Part shown: piece after piece, positions 25,101 through 36,600 of the stretch
How positions within the stretch are numbered: the first letter of the stretch is position 1
How the letters are laid out: every line of letters begins with the position of its first letter
From: Lingula anatina
Lineage: Eukaryota > Animalia > Brachiopoda
Reading direction: 5' to 3'
DNA: 64,000 nt
NCBI GenBank assembly: GCA_051362555.1
Contig: CM120646.1
Location: 13,826,001-13,890,000 of the forward strand
Position numbers and translations under genes: made by a program
Notes under the pieces: generated by a model
Database searches by the model: none
Seen by the model: only the letters and a program-made list of their open reading frames with translations
Told to the model about the DNA's origin: nothing

Positions 25101-26603
25101 TTGTCTGTACTTGTACTTGAAAATAATTTGTTTAATTAAATAAATATTATCTATCCTCTAGTTGCATCATCAAACTGAGAAATATTCATAAAATGGATGA
25201 AAAGATTTGAACTTTGTACTCTTTACTTTATATTTTGTATATAAATATGTATCCTTTCGGGGTGGGGGAATCGTCCGGGGGGGGGGGGAATTGTCCGGGG
25301 GGGGGTGTTCGGGGGGGAATAGTCAGGGGGGGGGGAATTGTCCGGAGGTGAATTGTCCTGATACCCACACACACAAATGCTTGAAATAAATTATCATAGT
25401 GGGTCCGTAGTTACTTGCACATATAGTTGGCGTCCTCGTTCCACACAGTCGCATTTTCATCAAGGGTCGGGAGCACCTGCTGTCTGTAGGAATAGCATCG
25501 ATATCGGGCTCACTGCATATACCTAAGCAAAAGTATAAAACGTACACACTCGTCATCCCACAAAAGATCTTTTTGCAAGATCTTTGGGGATAACATATTT
25601 ACAACACATTGAATAACGATTCAGAAAAAAAGTACAGCAATGAACTAATCACCATACTGTAGTGTGAAGCTCAGCAGTTGTGGCGTTGAAAACTTGGTCG
25701 AACAGTAAATTCAACACAAAATTTGATCCAGTGTGGTACACTTATGCAATTTGATCCCTACGCCCACGTGTTAACTGTCAAATCAACTTTGATTGAATGG
25801 CATGACCCTATATCCCTGCATACATTCTGCTTCTTGCGAACTAGACTTAGATTTGGTGTGCAAGCAAGCGTTAGAGAAAGGCCCAGGTTCAAGACTATCG
25901 AGAATCCTTATAAACTTTGCTCAGTTGGAGTTTTATACCAAACTTATTCTGAAGGATCATCTTATGGACTTCAAAATCATTTGTATGTGGTGTTACATGT
26001 ATAATATTCTTACTTGCACATGACGCCACTTCGGCTTTGATATTCCATCTATCAACTGAAAATTACATGAAGCACAATTATTTAAAAGCAATATCTGCCA
26101 GATGGCTTTGACGGCCACATTGCACTGTAACCAACGCTGCAGCTACAAGTGGCTGGCATATTCTGCTGCTTAAGGACAGCATGCCTTGGTCCTATAAGTC
26201 AGAGTTGTATTCCTTTTTTTATCTTACGCTCGTGCAGTAAAATATACCTGTACTACCTGTTGTATGTACAGTTTTCAAAGACAGGTGATCACCCGGAACT
26301 GCCGCACCCCACCTTGGAGCCTTCGTGGCACACTAACAAGTATTGCACATGATAATGTTACGAGCTGGCAATACCGGAATCTAGAACCTAGGGTAGATCA
26401 TGTAGGCCTATCTCACATTCTCTGTTTATTTTGTCTCCTTTAGGCTACACGCTGTGTGAAATCTCAATTGTACTATTCATGCGCCAGACCATTCAATTTA
26501 ACTTACCTTCAACTGAACTAAACTCAATGATCCAAACCAGCATGATCAGAATATTGGCATATCTCGAGCCTACAGAACTGGAGCAGGTGCGAGAGATCGC
26601 CAT
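19203..26603 (-). CDS. Receptor R3: paralog with a shortened EGF exon and an ITAM-like tail (about 683 aa)
   Basis: Exons 26603-26507, 25522-25415, 22425-22186, 21982-21902, 21677-20685, 19989-19899 and 19644-19203. Introns are GT-AG with the same phases; 2052 nt open frame. Confidence 0.86.
20025..20267. mobile_element. MITE family A copy in intron 5 of R3
   Basis: Same hairpin structure (GGGTTCCCAT...GGGAATGGTTCC). The equivalent R2 intron reads GATGAATTCTTAACATCTGATC with no insert, i.e. an empty site. Confidence 0.8.
22141..22174. repeat. (CA)n microsatellite
   Basis: Seen directly, just inside the donor of the R3 PAN exon. Confidence 0.9.
22745..24127 (+). mobile_element. Tc1-family (DD34E) DNA transposon, full length but decayed, in intron 2 of R3
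   Basis: 27-bp perfect TIRs CACACTGGACAAAAGAAGTGTCACCCC / GGGGTGACACTTCTTTTGTCCAGTGTG with TA flanks (one extra CA on the left). Transposase remnants with stops and frameshifts: GRPRKTT..DRRL, FSDECRF, WGCIS, QDDN-x34-E (IENVW) and YESLPRRL..RGYTTKY. Confidence 0.93.
22925..23956 (+). pseudogene. Tc1 transposase pseudogene
   Basis: Starts ATG MARYR at about 22925 and is interrupted by several in-frame stops and frameshifts. ORFs 22960-23265 and 23591-23956 are the HTH and DDE fragments. Confidence 0.88.
24181..25365. mobile_element. Non-autonomous foldback-type DNA transposon (Mutator/Phantom-like by inference)
   Basis: Imperfect TIRs of about 300 bp begin with tandem GGACAATTCCCCCC subterminal repeats, mirrored as GGGGGGAATTGTCC on the right. 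The element is flanked by CACACACAC on both sides (possible 9-bp TSD) and is absent from intron 2 of R2. Confidence 0.75.
24654..24937. mobile_element. Nested MITE of about 285 bp with CCC termini
   Basis: TIRs CCCGCACGAAAACGCAGTAG / CTACTGCATTTTCGTGTGGG, internal CTACTGC repeats, inserted in a G run. Confidence 0.7.
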
Positions 26604-28842
26604 CTTGCTTGTATTTTTAAATAAATAGTGTCTTCGGTCACTTCCTCCTTGTAAACTAGGAAGTATGATAGCACCACGTCACAATTACTTCAATGAGTCA
26701 CAAACTCCATGCCGTTTTATCCTCATTCTTGCATTTTGTGCATATAACTGATTATTAATATTTGGTGAATTTGAATCTCTGTCTTCCAGAAAGTGGGACT
26801 TACTTTAAAATCAAACTTCAAAGAAAGAGAAATGTAAGTTAGCCTTCTCCGGCATGATAAGATGAAATGTTTAGCACTGCAAGTGCATGTTGTTAGTTAC
26901 TTATCTATTTTAGTGCAGATACAAACAAAGGGGTCACTTTATCACTCTTACTGTTAGTACTTAGATCAACCTAGGTCGAAAGTTTGAAGTTTAAGAAGTT
27001 TTTCGTGCCCGTTGCCCACCGTAAACGTAGATATAACTGAAGTTTGGCAGCTGATAAGCATTCACGGGGACAGTGTCTTTCCAATCATTTAACCAATGAA
27101 AGTCATTTTTAAAAGTAATTTTAAAGCTTATGTAAATAAAGCTTACGTAAATCATTTGCTTATTTCTTTAAATTGAAGTTGTAATAATTTGTCTGATTAT
27201 AATACCGGTGTGACAGGAATGGTAGTCCTAGGAATGGGAGTTCTAATATAATTAAGACCCCTTTACACTGGACCTTTTTGGTATTTACGTTGTCGTAAAT
27301 GTGTGCTGGGAGCCTTGAGACGAAGATATTTAACACACGTTTTTAGGAGCACAAACAGTCGAATGGGTCCTGTCGCAAGAGTCGTGGGTGGTTAGTGCGT
27401 TAGGTGTAAAATCTGTCACACTGCCACAGTAAAGCAATGGCGATTGTGATTAGAATGTGTCAATCACAACTAACGCATTCATTGGATCATGATCATATAG
27501 TCGATTTAAGATGAATTTTGAATACATTTTTATGTCGCAAGTTTGAAAGCCGCGTGTGTACACTCTAAACTGACCCCTAACTTACTTCTGAATCTTTCTT
27601 ATTTATTAATTATAGAGTTATTTAATTCTTCCATTGTCAATGTGTGCTTTCTTGAGATGAAAAGGAGGATAAAAGTATAAGCAGGCTGCAGGTTTATATT
27701 GTATACCTAAAATGAAAATCTCGTCTAGATATTTTGACATAAGCGAGCTCAGTGCAACATTAATTACTACAGTAAATAAATAGACAAAATATATTACATA
27801 AAAATAAAGAGGCCTATCTTAGCATGAACATATTTTAAGTATAACACGAATGGGAATGTCAACTATATGTATGTTACGGTAAGACTATTTCGGGAAGTTA
27901 GTTTTATAGACGTTCACCCCACGCAATTTACGAACTGTAGGTTTTGGGAGAGGTAAATATCAAAAGAAAAAACTAAATATTGGTAACAATCATTTATTTT
28001 CACCTAATATTATAAATATATCACAACCATAAAATGTTACATAAATTCTAGTGTTGTCACTCTTTTTCTTAGATTAAGTAATCACAAATAACGTGACCGA
28101 TAGCTGAACTATATTTGAAATGTAGCACCAAGCAAAACAAAAGCATATGAATGTGGGAAACAGTTTACAACCACGCAGTTGTAATGCTGACATTTTTCTT
28201 AGGGGGTTGCCACTGTTGACCATGGTATGATCGGATAAATCAATTTTGTCCCCAGAACCACACGTTTGTATCCGTACATGTTTTACATCTTCAGAAATAT
28301 AATAAATATAAAAGTAATGCATATGGCGAAGTATTTAAGCCCTAAACGACGTAACCTTGCGCAGCAAGATATGCAGTCAATGTATGTCTTTCTTTCTCTC
28401 TCTCTTATATGCAAATTAAAATAGTTTGCTAATGTATCAAAGCATTTACGCATAACTTTGTTTATGACAATAAAGGATACACATAACATAATAAATTGAT
28501 GTATAAACTATATTCACGTTACTAGCAGTAATATGAAGCAGTCATCTGATAGTCGTCCTAATGGCACGCTGTATATTTGTAAAAACTCAATGAGAAATTT
28601 ACTTTCTACTCAGTCAAATTGAAACTTGTGAAATATTTTTAATTATGCCAAAAATCCAAGCATGGCATTGTTGAAAACATGATATATAAACCTGGGGAGC
28701 GTACAATGGTAACGGTGACAGGGCTAAAAGATAGCCTTGCGATTTAAGCGAAAATAACAAACCCTTAACGCTTAGCTTCACACAAGGAAGCTCTGCCAAT
28801 TTAATAACAACATACACAGATAGCTTTCTGTTCTGTTTATAA

Positions 28843-28941
28843 AGGCCTGTTTGGAATCAGTTGATCCGCGGACTAACTTGTCAAGTGCGAGCCATATTTT
28901 AAACTAGGTATTCCGCGGATCAATCGGTTCTGAACAGTCCC
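28843..28941. repeat. About 100-bp hairpin / mini-MITE
   Basis: GGCCTGTTTGGAATCAGTTGATCCGCGGA pairs with TCCGCGGATCAATCGGTTCTGAACAGTCCC. Flanked by TAA and TTA. Confidence 0.6.
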
Positions 28942-30063
28942 TTAGTCTAGAAATGCTGAAATGCGCCTATATTTCGTCACCGACGTCATCCCCAAAGCTG
29001 TTCTCATGATAAAAACGAATAACAATGATGGTAATGGCGTATATACACAGCAAATAGTGGCATTGTTAGTCCATCAAGCGCATTTAAAAATAAATAATCA
29101 TTCCTGAGAAATTAGAAATCCTTGATTAGGTGCATTTTATTGTAGTACAATGATTCATTTGACGCATTGATGATATTCCATCTATACCGTTATCTCTAAT
29201 CTACGCTGTTTGGCAGGGACTTGTGAAAGACACTTTTTATACAAGTATTTTTGGAACTGTAAAGAGCTGATATTTTTCCACTGCACAATTTGTTTCAAAC
29301 GCCTTCAACGACTATCAAAATATCTCACAAAATTAAGACCGTATAAGCGGTAAAGAGATGGGACTCGATTTTTATCACAACAAATGTGCTGAAATCAAAT
29401 ATTAATAATTTTGCCTGACTATTATGTGTGTTGGCCTGTTTAAATGAAAAATCCGTGTTCAGTTCACTTTTCCGCCGAGCGTTATTTTGTTAATGAAACC
29501 ATAATGCACGCATATATTTCTGTATTACTGCGATAAGAAATATAAATACATTTTACATGTTAGGATCAAAAGATTTTTTGCTGTCATCTAAGGCAGTCAC
29601 GTTTTCTGGGAAATACTCATGTGACCTCGAAGTGTAATTCATAGAACTGCCGCCTATAGTTGTGACGTCACTTCACTTCCAACGCTCCACCAATTCTGCC
29701 TCGTTGAATTATCCTGAGATGTGACGTCATGATAATACTTATAATTCCCTAAATCTACCTGTCGTAGAAATATTGATATGGATATGTCAGAGAAAGAGGA
29801 GGAGAAAGTGGCGATACTTAATCTTCTCCACAAATATCCATTTTTTTACTTTAAAGAAATATCACAGGATCAGCAAACCTGCAGAATTATCGTCTTTTCT
29901 AATTCTGACAGCCAACGAGGTTGACCTTAACCAAGGCATTCTTTGGACGTCACAGAAACAAATGATTGCCTTTCGTTTACATCAAAATTGAAATAGTTTT
30001 ACATAAAATTAACTATTTTCACTGCATATGCTGCTCTCTGAAGCAAAACGTCATTCAAATGCT

Positions 30064-30066
<3 letters not shown>

Positions 30067-30127
<61 letters not shown>
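30067..30127. repeat. (TA)n microsatellite
   Basis: Seen directly. Confidence 0.95.
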
Positions 30128-30130
<3 letters not shown>

Positions 30131-30697
30131 AAAAGGAAACTTGTGACTTAAAAATGACGACTTAAAAAGCGTCCAGTAACAATGCTTAAGTATGAAATCA
30201 TGTAGATTTCGTTTGAAATACACCTGAAACGCTATTCACCTCAAATACTCAACAAGTCAAAGTTGCATAAAAAAGAAAAGAAAGAAAGAAAGAAAAAAAT
30301 ATAACATCTAAAAGAACCGTCTCATCAGAGGTCTACTAATGAAAATGCTCTTACGTTTTACTTATATGGCACATTGTAAGTAACACTGAAGACATGCGAT
30401 TTGCCACTGTATGATTTCCGTCTTAATATGAGACTTAATCGTTTTTCGTTCACGGCTATCTCCTCTAGAGACCGGCTCTCAGTCAACCGTTGATTTTTAA
30501 AACGTAGATGGTCTATGTGTAGTGTCCATGACGTCACTTCAACATGTCTACGTCATGACAACGGCCATATTGCCGTGACGTCAATGGTGTCACTTTTTTT
30601 CTTGCTTTTGATTATCACAACACGTAGTCTTGTGTTTCTTGAAGTCTGCATTAAAATGACATTGATTTACTTGACTAAAGGATTTTGTGTTGTCACT

Positions 30698-33600
30698 TCA
30701 GTATAGAAAACTCTCTTGGCCTCTGAATAGTTTAGGAATAGTTTCATAATGCGAGGCATCTGGACTGTACGTCCTCATCTCAGTTCGGTCAGCACTGAAG
30801 CTGTTACTTCTCTTTTCAGGACCCAAACGTTTACTTTTATTTTGCTCTCTTCTGTCTTTTTTAGGATTACTAGTCCCGCTTCCACGTGGACTTAAATAAT
30901 CCTCTCGGCCGGACAAAAAGTATATGCCACCATCATGTAGTGGTGATAGCGTTTTTGCAAAGTTTCTTGCGGCAGGATTTTTGCTGTGGTCACTGTCAGT
31001 GAACCTTCTGGAAACCGGAGCTTCCTCTGTGATGTTTGTTAAATTTGTTTCCGATGGCACGTAACCCATATTCGTGTAATACCTCGGCAGGTCGACTTCT
31101 GTTGAGGTTGAGCTGTCAACGCCATCTCCTACCTTCGACATGTCAACGTACGAAAACTGAAATGAAAAATAAATAAATAAATATAAATTAATTAATTGAT
31201 TGATTAATTAATTAATTAATTAATTAATTAATTAATTAATTTATTAATTAAATTTACTTTAAGTTTCAAAGATTTGAAATATCTGAACCATACCATGTAA
31301 CCACAAAAATTGTTTTAATTTTACGCAACATTCCCTCTTTTGCAGTACAAGGAAATGGAGAGGAAACGCAAGCAGAGACTCACTCACCTTGGGTTTAGCA
31401 TGTGTCACCGTGTCTTTGATGGCCTCCCGGACCCGGAGGTCAGTGTCCACGTCGGTCTGGGCTCGCGCCGCAAGGTACTTATCGTCCGTGTCCAGTGTGG
31501 AGGAATCCAGAAGAAAGAAGGTTGCAGTGGCATCTGGAACGCACTCCTCCATCACCAGTATACAGATGCCTACGAAGATTGTAAGGACACCTGCAAAGAA
31601 ACCAGAACAGAGAATAGAGAGATGCAGTTGGAAAATGAAAAAAGACGAAGTAATGGATAAATAAAATCTTAACAATCATAATAACAATATTATCATAATC
31701 AGAATAAAGTCAAAAGCAAAAAAAAAAAAAAAAGTCAATATAACAAACTTGTTTTCATGGTAAATATTCAAATATTTTTACGACAAAATATAATCCGCAA
31801 GTTCCCTTTTACAATTAATTGTTTTCTAGAATGAAATTATTGCAAGAATGAAATATAAAGCGGCAAAAGAAGAATCTTTTTCCAAATTGGAAGGTGATTT
31901 TCAAAATCCAGGTATAGACATTCGCACCTGCAGCCATCGTGAGCCAAAAGCACCAGCCGTATGATAACACAATAAATCCATCTTCCATGGGAATTGTAAG
32001 TCGGTGACCAGGCTGCAACATATGATACAGAAACGAGGCTGAGGTCAAGGTCATCCCGGTGATCACAACGAGGCAAGCGCCGTAGAAGACTACCATGCAG
32101 AGAAGGCAGTTAGCTAAGGCCCAAAACGCAAATGCCGCCCTGAAAAGATACATTTTGAATTAAAAATGGTATCCAACATTTTTCATTTTTGTACGATTTT
32201 ATTAAAGCATTCTCTACATCGTTTACTTAAGAGCCAAGCGTATCCCCATTTACATTAGAGACAGTAGAAAGGAGCGATTTTGGCATATGCATTCAGTCAA
32301 AATGTCCAGCATCCTAATACACAGAAAAAAATAAGGTTATTAAAAATTTTGCCTGTATGTTTGTTTTTTTAATCATTTTATCTATTTATTTATTTATTTA
32401 TTTATTTTTATTTATTTATTTATTTATTTTTTTTGGGGGGGGGGGAGGGGTCGACTGGTTGCCATTGTTAAATATCTTTCTATGTAGGCCTACTATAGAT
32501 ACAGGCACACAAGTGCAAAATTCAAGATGTAGATAATAACGTATATGAATTGACAAAGACAATTTAAGCGACCTCTTGACTTGGAAAAATACACACGCTG
32601 AGATTTACAAGCACCAAGTGTGATTATTTGTACACAGGTGATGATATGATCTGCTAAATGTAGTAATGGATTTCCGCAAATAATCATCATCACGCAAAAG
32701 ACGACAGTACAAGAGACACTCCGTATAACCGTTGCTCGGTTCAGGATAGCGTAATGCACCCAATATATGTGTATGCATATTTTCACTTGTGAGAATGTAC
32801 CTGTGTTCATAAAATATTAAATGTAAAATTGTAATCCACCAATACAAAAAAATTACTAAAACTTGTAATGATGTTTTGAATTCGAATTCAAATGGAAGAA
32901 AATATATCCTTTTTCAGTCATGTATCCGGCGACACAGTGCCAATGGATAATTATCATGAAAAATGTCAACTTAATATTTTACTGAGGGGCAAGGACGCCT
33001 TAGCTTTATGTATGACATCTTTGTGAATTAAAATGCAGCTTTTGACTTTTTCTTCTGGTACGTTATTGGATCTGAACACATCTTTTAAAAAAAGTGTCTT
33101 AAAATGATCTGTCCTTTAGATATTGCTAGATTTAATTCTTTTTGTAAATGAATGTGTTATAGCTAATGCCATATATAAATAGTAAATCACAAAACTTCAA
33201 GGGAGGAAAAACAAAGTTTATAGGACTAGCAGTATTACTGGCATGGTTCATGCCAGAACCCAAAGAAGACTATAATGTGCCTTATGAAAATGACACTTAA
33301 CAGACACATCAAACTATAATTATGGATATTAATTGGTGTCACATGGTTTAATTTATACATGTAGCAACCGAGTAATTAAAATATTATAATGTCATTTTCA
33401 GAACATCAAAGCATCCTATACTTCAGCCGATGTAATAACTGAAGTGATAAAACAGTTACTGCATTGTAACAACGCAACATCATTATGTACATAATTCAGT
33501 CTTGGGACATGTCACTCCAGTATCAGTTCAACGTCAATAATATTTTAACTTATTTACAATGAATTAGAAATCTTTAGAAATCTTAAGGGAAACCGAGATA

Positions 33601-36600
33601 GAATTCACCGGCTATGTCTTCAAAAAGAAAGCTAGAGGCAGACAGGCTCCTGTTTCTAAACCAACTAAAGATAAACGCGACGAGAAGCAACACACAAAGA
33701 AAAAAAGGTACGCAGCATGGAATCCGACGCTGAAAATGGCATCATAAGTTGTCGAAGGTCGTATCGACCATGGCACCATAGAGAGAGATAAAGAGAGAAA
33801 TTTACAGTGGAGATATCAGAAGAGCGTGACACCGTAGTACAATGAATGTACCTTTTTAACCTTGCCCCAATTTGATATTTATTACGTAATTATCGGATGC
33901 TATATGCATTATTTGAAACAAAACGTCAAGTGAAACAAACGTCAAGTGAGGCAGATAGAACCAAGCAATGACGTTTTCTCGTGCCTTGCCAAATGTCTAG
34001 CCTAATGGAACCTGAAAGACTTCACGTCTGTCAACTAATGACAAATATTTCAAATGTTAGTAGCTTGATATGTATCTCAATAACAGTCAAAATAAACTTG
34101 AGCAATTTCTGTGCAACAATCAACAACACAATGTTAGTGAAACCAAGACTGTCTGTAAAATAAACGATGTATCCCAACACCATATTGTGGTTGACGTAAA
34201 TACAGCGTCGTTTTAAATTTTATTAAAAGAAACAACTGGTGCGGTTTTAAACCAACGTGATGCCGACAAACTTACCATAACATTATGTAAGTAAAGTATC
34301 CTGACTGCCTGTAAGCACGGTGCCACCGCAGACCTCCTTTATCAACACTGATATATTCGGCTACCAATAAGATTGGTGAGGGCGCCCCCAGGGTCAGAGC
34401 ATCTTCGTATTCTTTTTCAGCTTGGTTCACTGAAATATGGAAAATCAACGATCTGTGTACATATGTAACGCAAAGATCAAAATCGTGGATTAATTTCTAT
34501 GTAGTGCAGATCCACATGAATTTAAAAGATTAGGTCATTATCAGTCAAAAGCATATGGGATTCTTTACATTTTGGACAACAGGCCAAAACTCAAACTTAA
34601 CACACACTAGAGATTAAGCCTGACAAGCGGTCTAAATTTTAGAACAGATTTTCAGTCTACTTTAATTGACCGATGTCAAATAAGTAGTTAACACATTAAA
34701 TGATCAACATTGCTCTTTTTACACCAGAAAATACTAGGCTGCTGTTTCAAACATATACACTTAATTATAAAAAATGAAGTAAGAATATAGGCCCTATTTT
34801 GAACTGAGGTAGACCAAATTTTTTGCCGATTTGTTTAGTCCCATTTTCGGACGGTAGCTCATTTTGTGAAACCTGCCTCAGCGACTGATTTTGTACTGGA
34901 AGAAACTGCACTAAAATGTTCATGAATTTTAGAGGAACTTTCTGTTTCAGTGCTTTTGTGAAGCCAGCCCCAGTATCTGTCTAGGTTCAGCGCCCTGAGA
35001 GCAGCTAATAGGCCTCGAGGTGACGCTTAAACACATATAGCCAGTTTCTGTAACCGGCTGTGGCATGTGTCATCAAGATTATAAATCTGTTCTCTTTGCG
35101 AGGCATAATTCAACTGTCTGTGTTTCTTTCACACTTGACATAGACGCACAGTAATATAGATATATGAGATCGAGGTCCTAAAACATCTTCATAAAGTGTG
35201 TCCAGATACATTCATGAAACAGAAAAAATAATTCATATAAATAACGAAAGGGCAGAGTTCAACGCGGATATTTTGGTTCGCGTGTCATTAGCTTATTAAG
35301 AGGGGACAAGTTATGCGTATTGTATTATTTTCATTTTTCATTCTGCTTCAGCTGGCCTGTGATAATATCAGAAAGATGTGCTTTTAAGTGTGAAAATTAA
35401 AAACTGGTAATTGCAGGGTTGTTTATACAGGTATACCATGTATATATACATATATCCCTAAAGCTAACAGCTTCAGATTACGAAGCGCAGGTTACACAGA
35501 ATGATAAAATAACTTTCACATTTGTAGTTATTTTGCCCATATAGACTCTGTCAATTTGCACAATGAGCCTATAATTTCTCAGAGTAATTACGAAAGGTAA
35601 ACATTTACGCCGTTTCAATTAGGTTACGTTTATAGGCTCCAAACACGTACGGAATTCACAGATGCAATCATTTGAAGCCCTCTGTAATTCAACCTTCCCA
35701 TGACGTGGGCCATCGTCTGGCTAATAACCCAAAATACCATGTAATCGTTGTTTTAAACATTGGGACTAGGGTCAAATAGACTTACAGACTAAGTTTCAGA
35801 TTTCCGTCTCATAAGGTTTTTCACAATGAGCTTTAATCACAATAAGGTATACTTCCGGTAAAAAACAGCGTTCTATTTCAGCAGGGAAATTAAAAATTAT
35901 GAGAAAGCCAACGAATTACGGTATTTAGCTTTCCAAGCCAGTAAAATCGTTTGGCCGTTTATGTATTCTGAAATTTTGAGAAAAATATGACTTAATACTA
36001 AAGATAATAAAATTTGATGCTTCTAACGTATGAGCAATGTAGAAGAAGGCCAAACCACCAGGTTTTATCATTTCATTCATTCATTCATTTAGTTCCTAAG
36101 TATGCAAATGGAACAACTAGAACTAATTGGGTTCCTAAAAACCTATTATAGTTGTGCTCTTTCAAGTGAGTGCATTATTGACCGCCAAATCCACCTGTAC
36201 CTGCAAACCGCCTTAATATCTAAGAAGGGGAGGAGAGAATCCTATTTTTGGGGTATTTTGGTATGCACGATATTAGCCGTTTTCAAGATGTTTGATATTG
36301 TATAATACAAGTTGAACAAGTTTTGTTTCAATATATGTGCATAAATAAAAGCCAAGAACTATCCATAGAGAGCTATATATAGTGCTTATCTTACATTCTA
36401 ATCCTTTCGTCCTCTGACTTTGGGGATTCTGCTGCAATCATTCAGAAGACAATTATAACAATGTGGAAAAACACTGATGGATGGAAATTTTGGACAATTA
36501 ACTGTACTTACCACCTATCCAGGAAAAACGCTCATTGTAATATATGTGCCGTGTACTGGAGTTTAAGTTCAAAGTAGCTGAAAATTATTAAGAAATAGAT

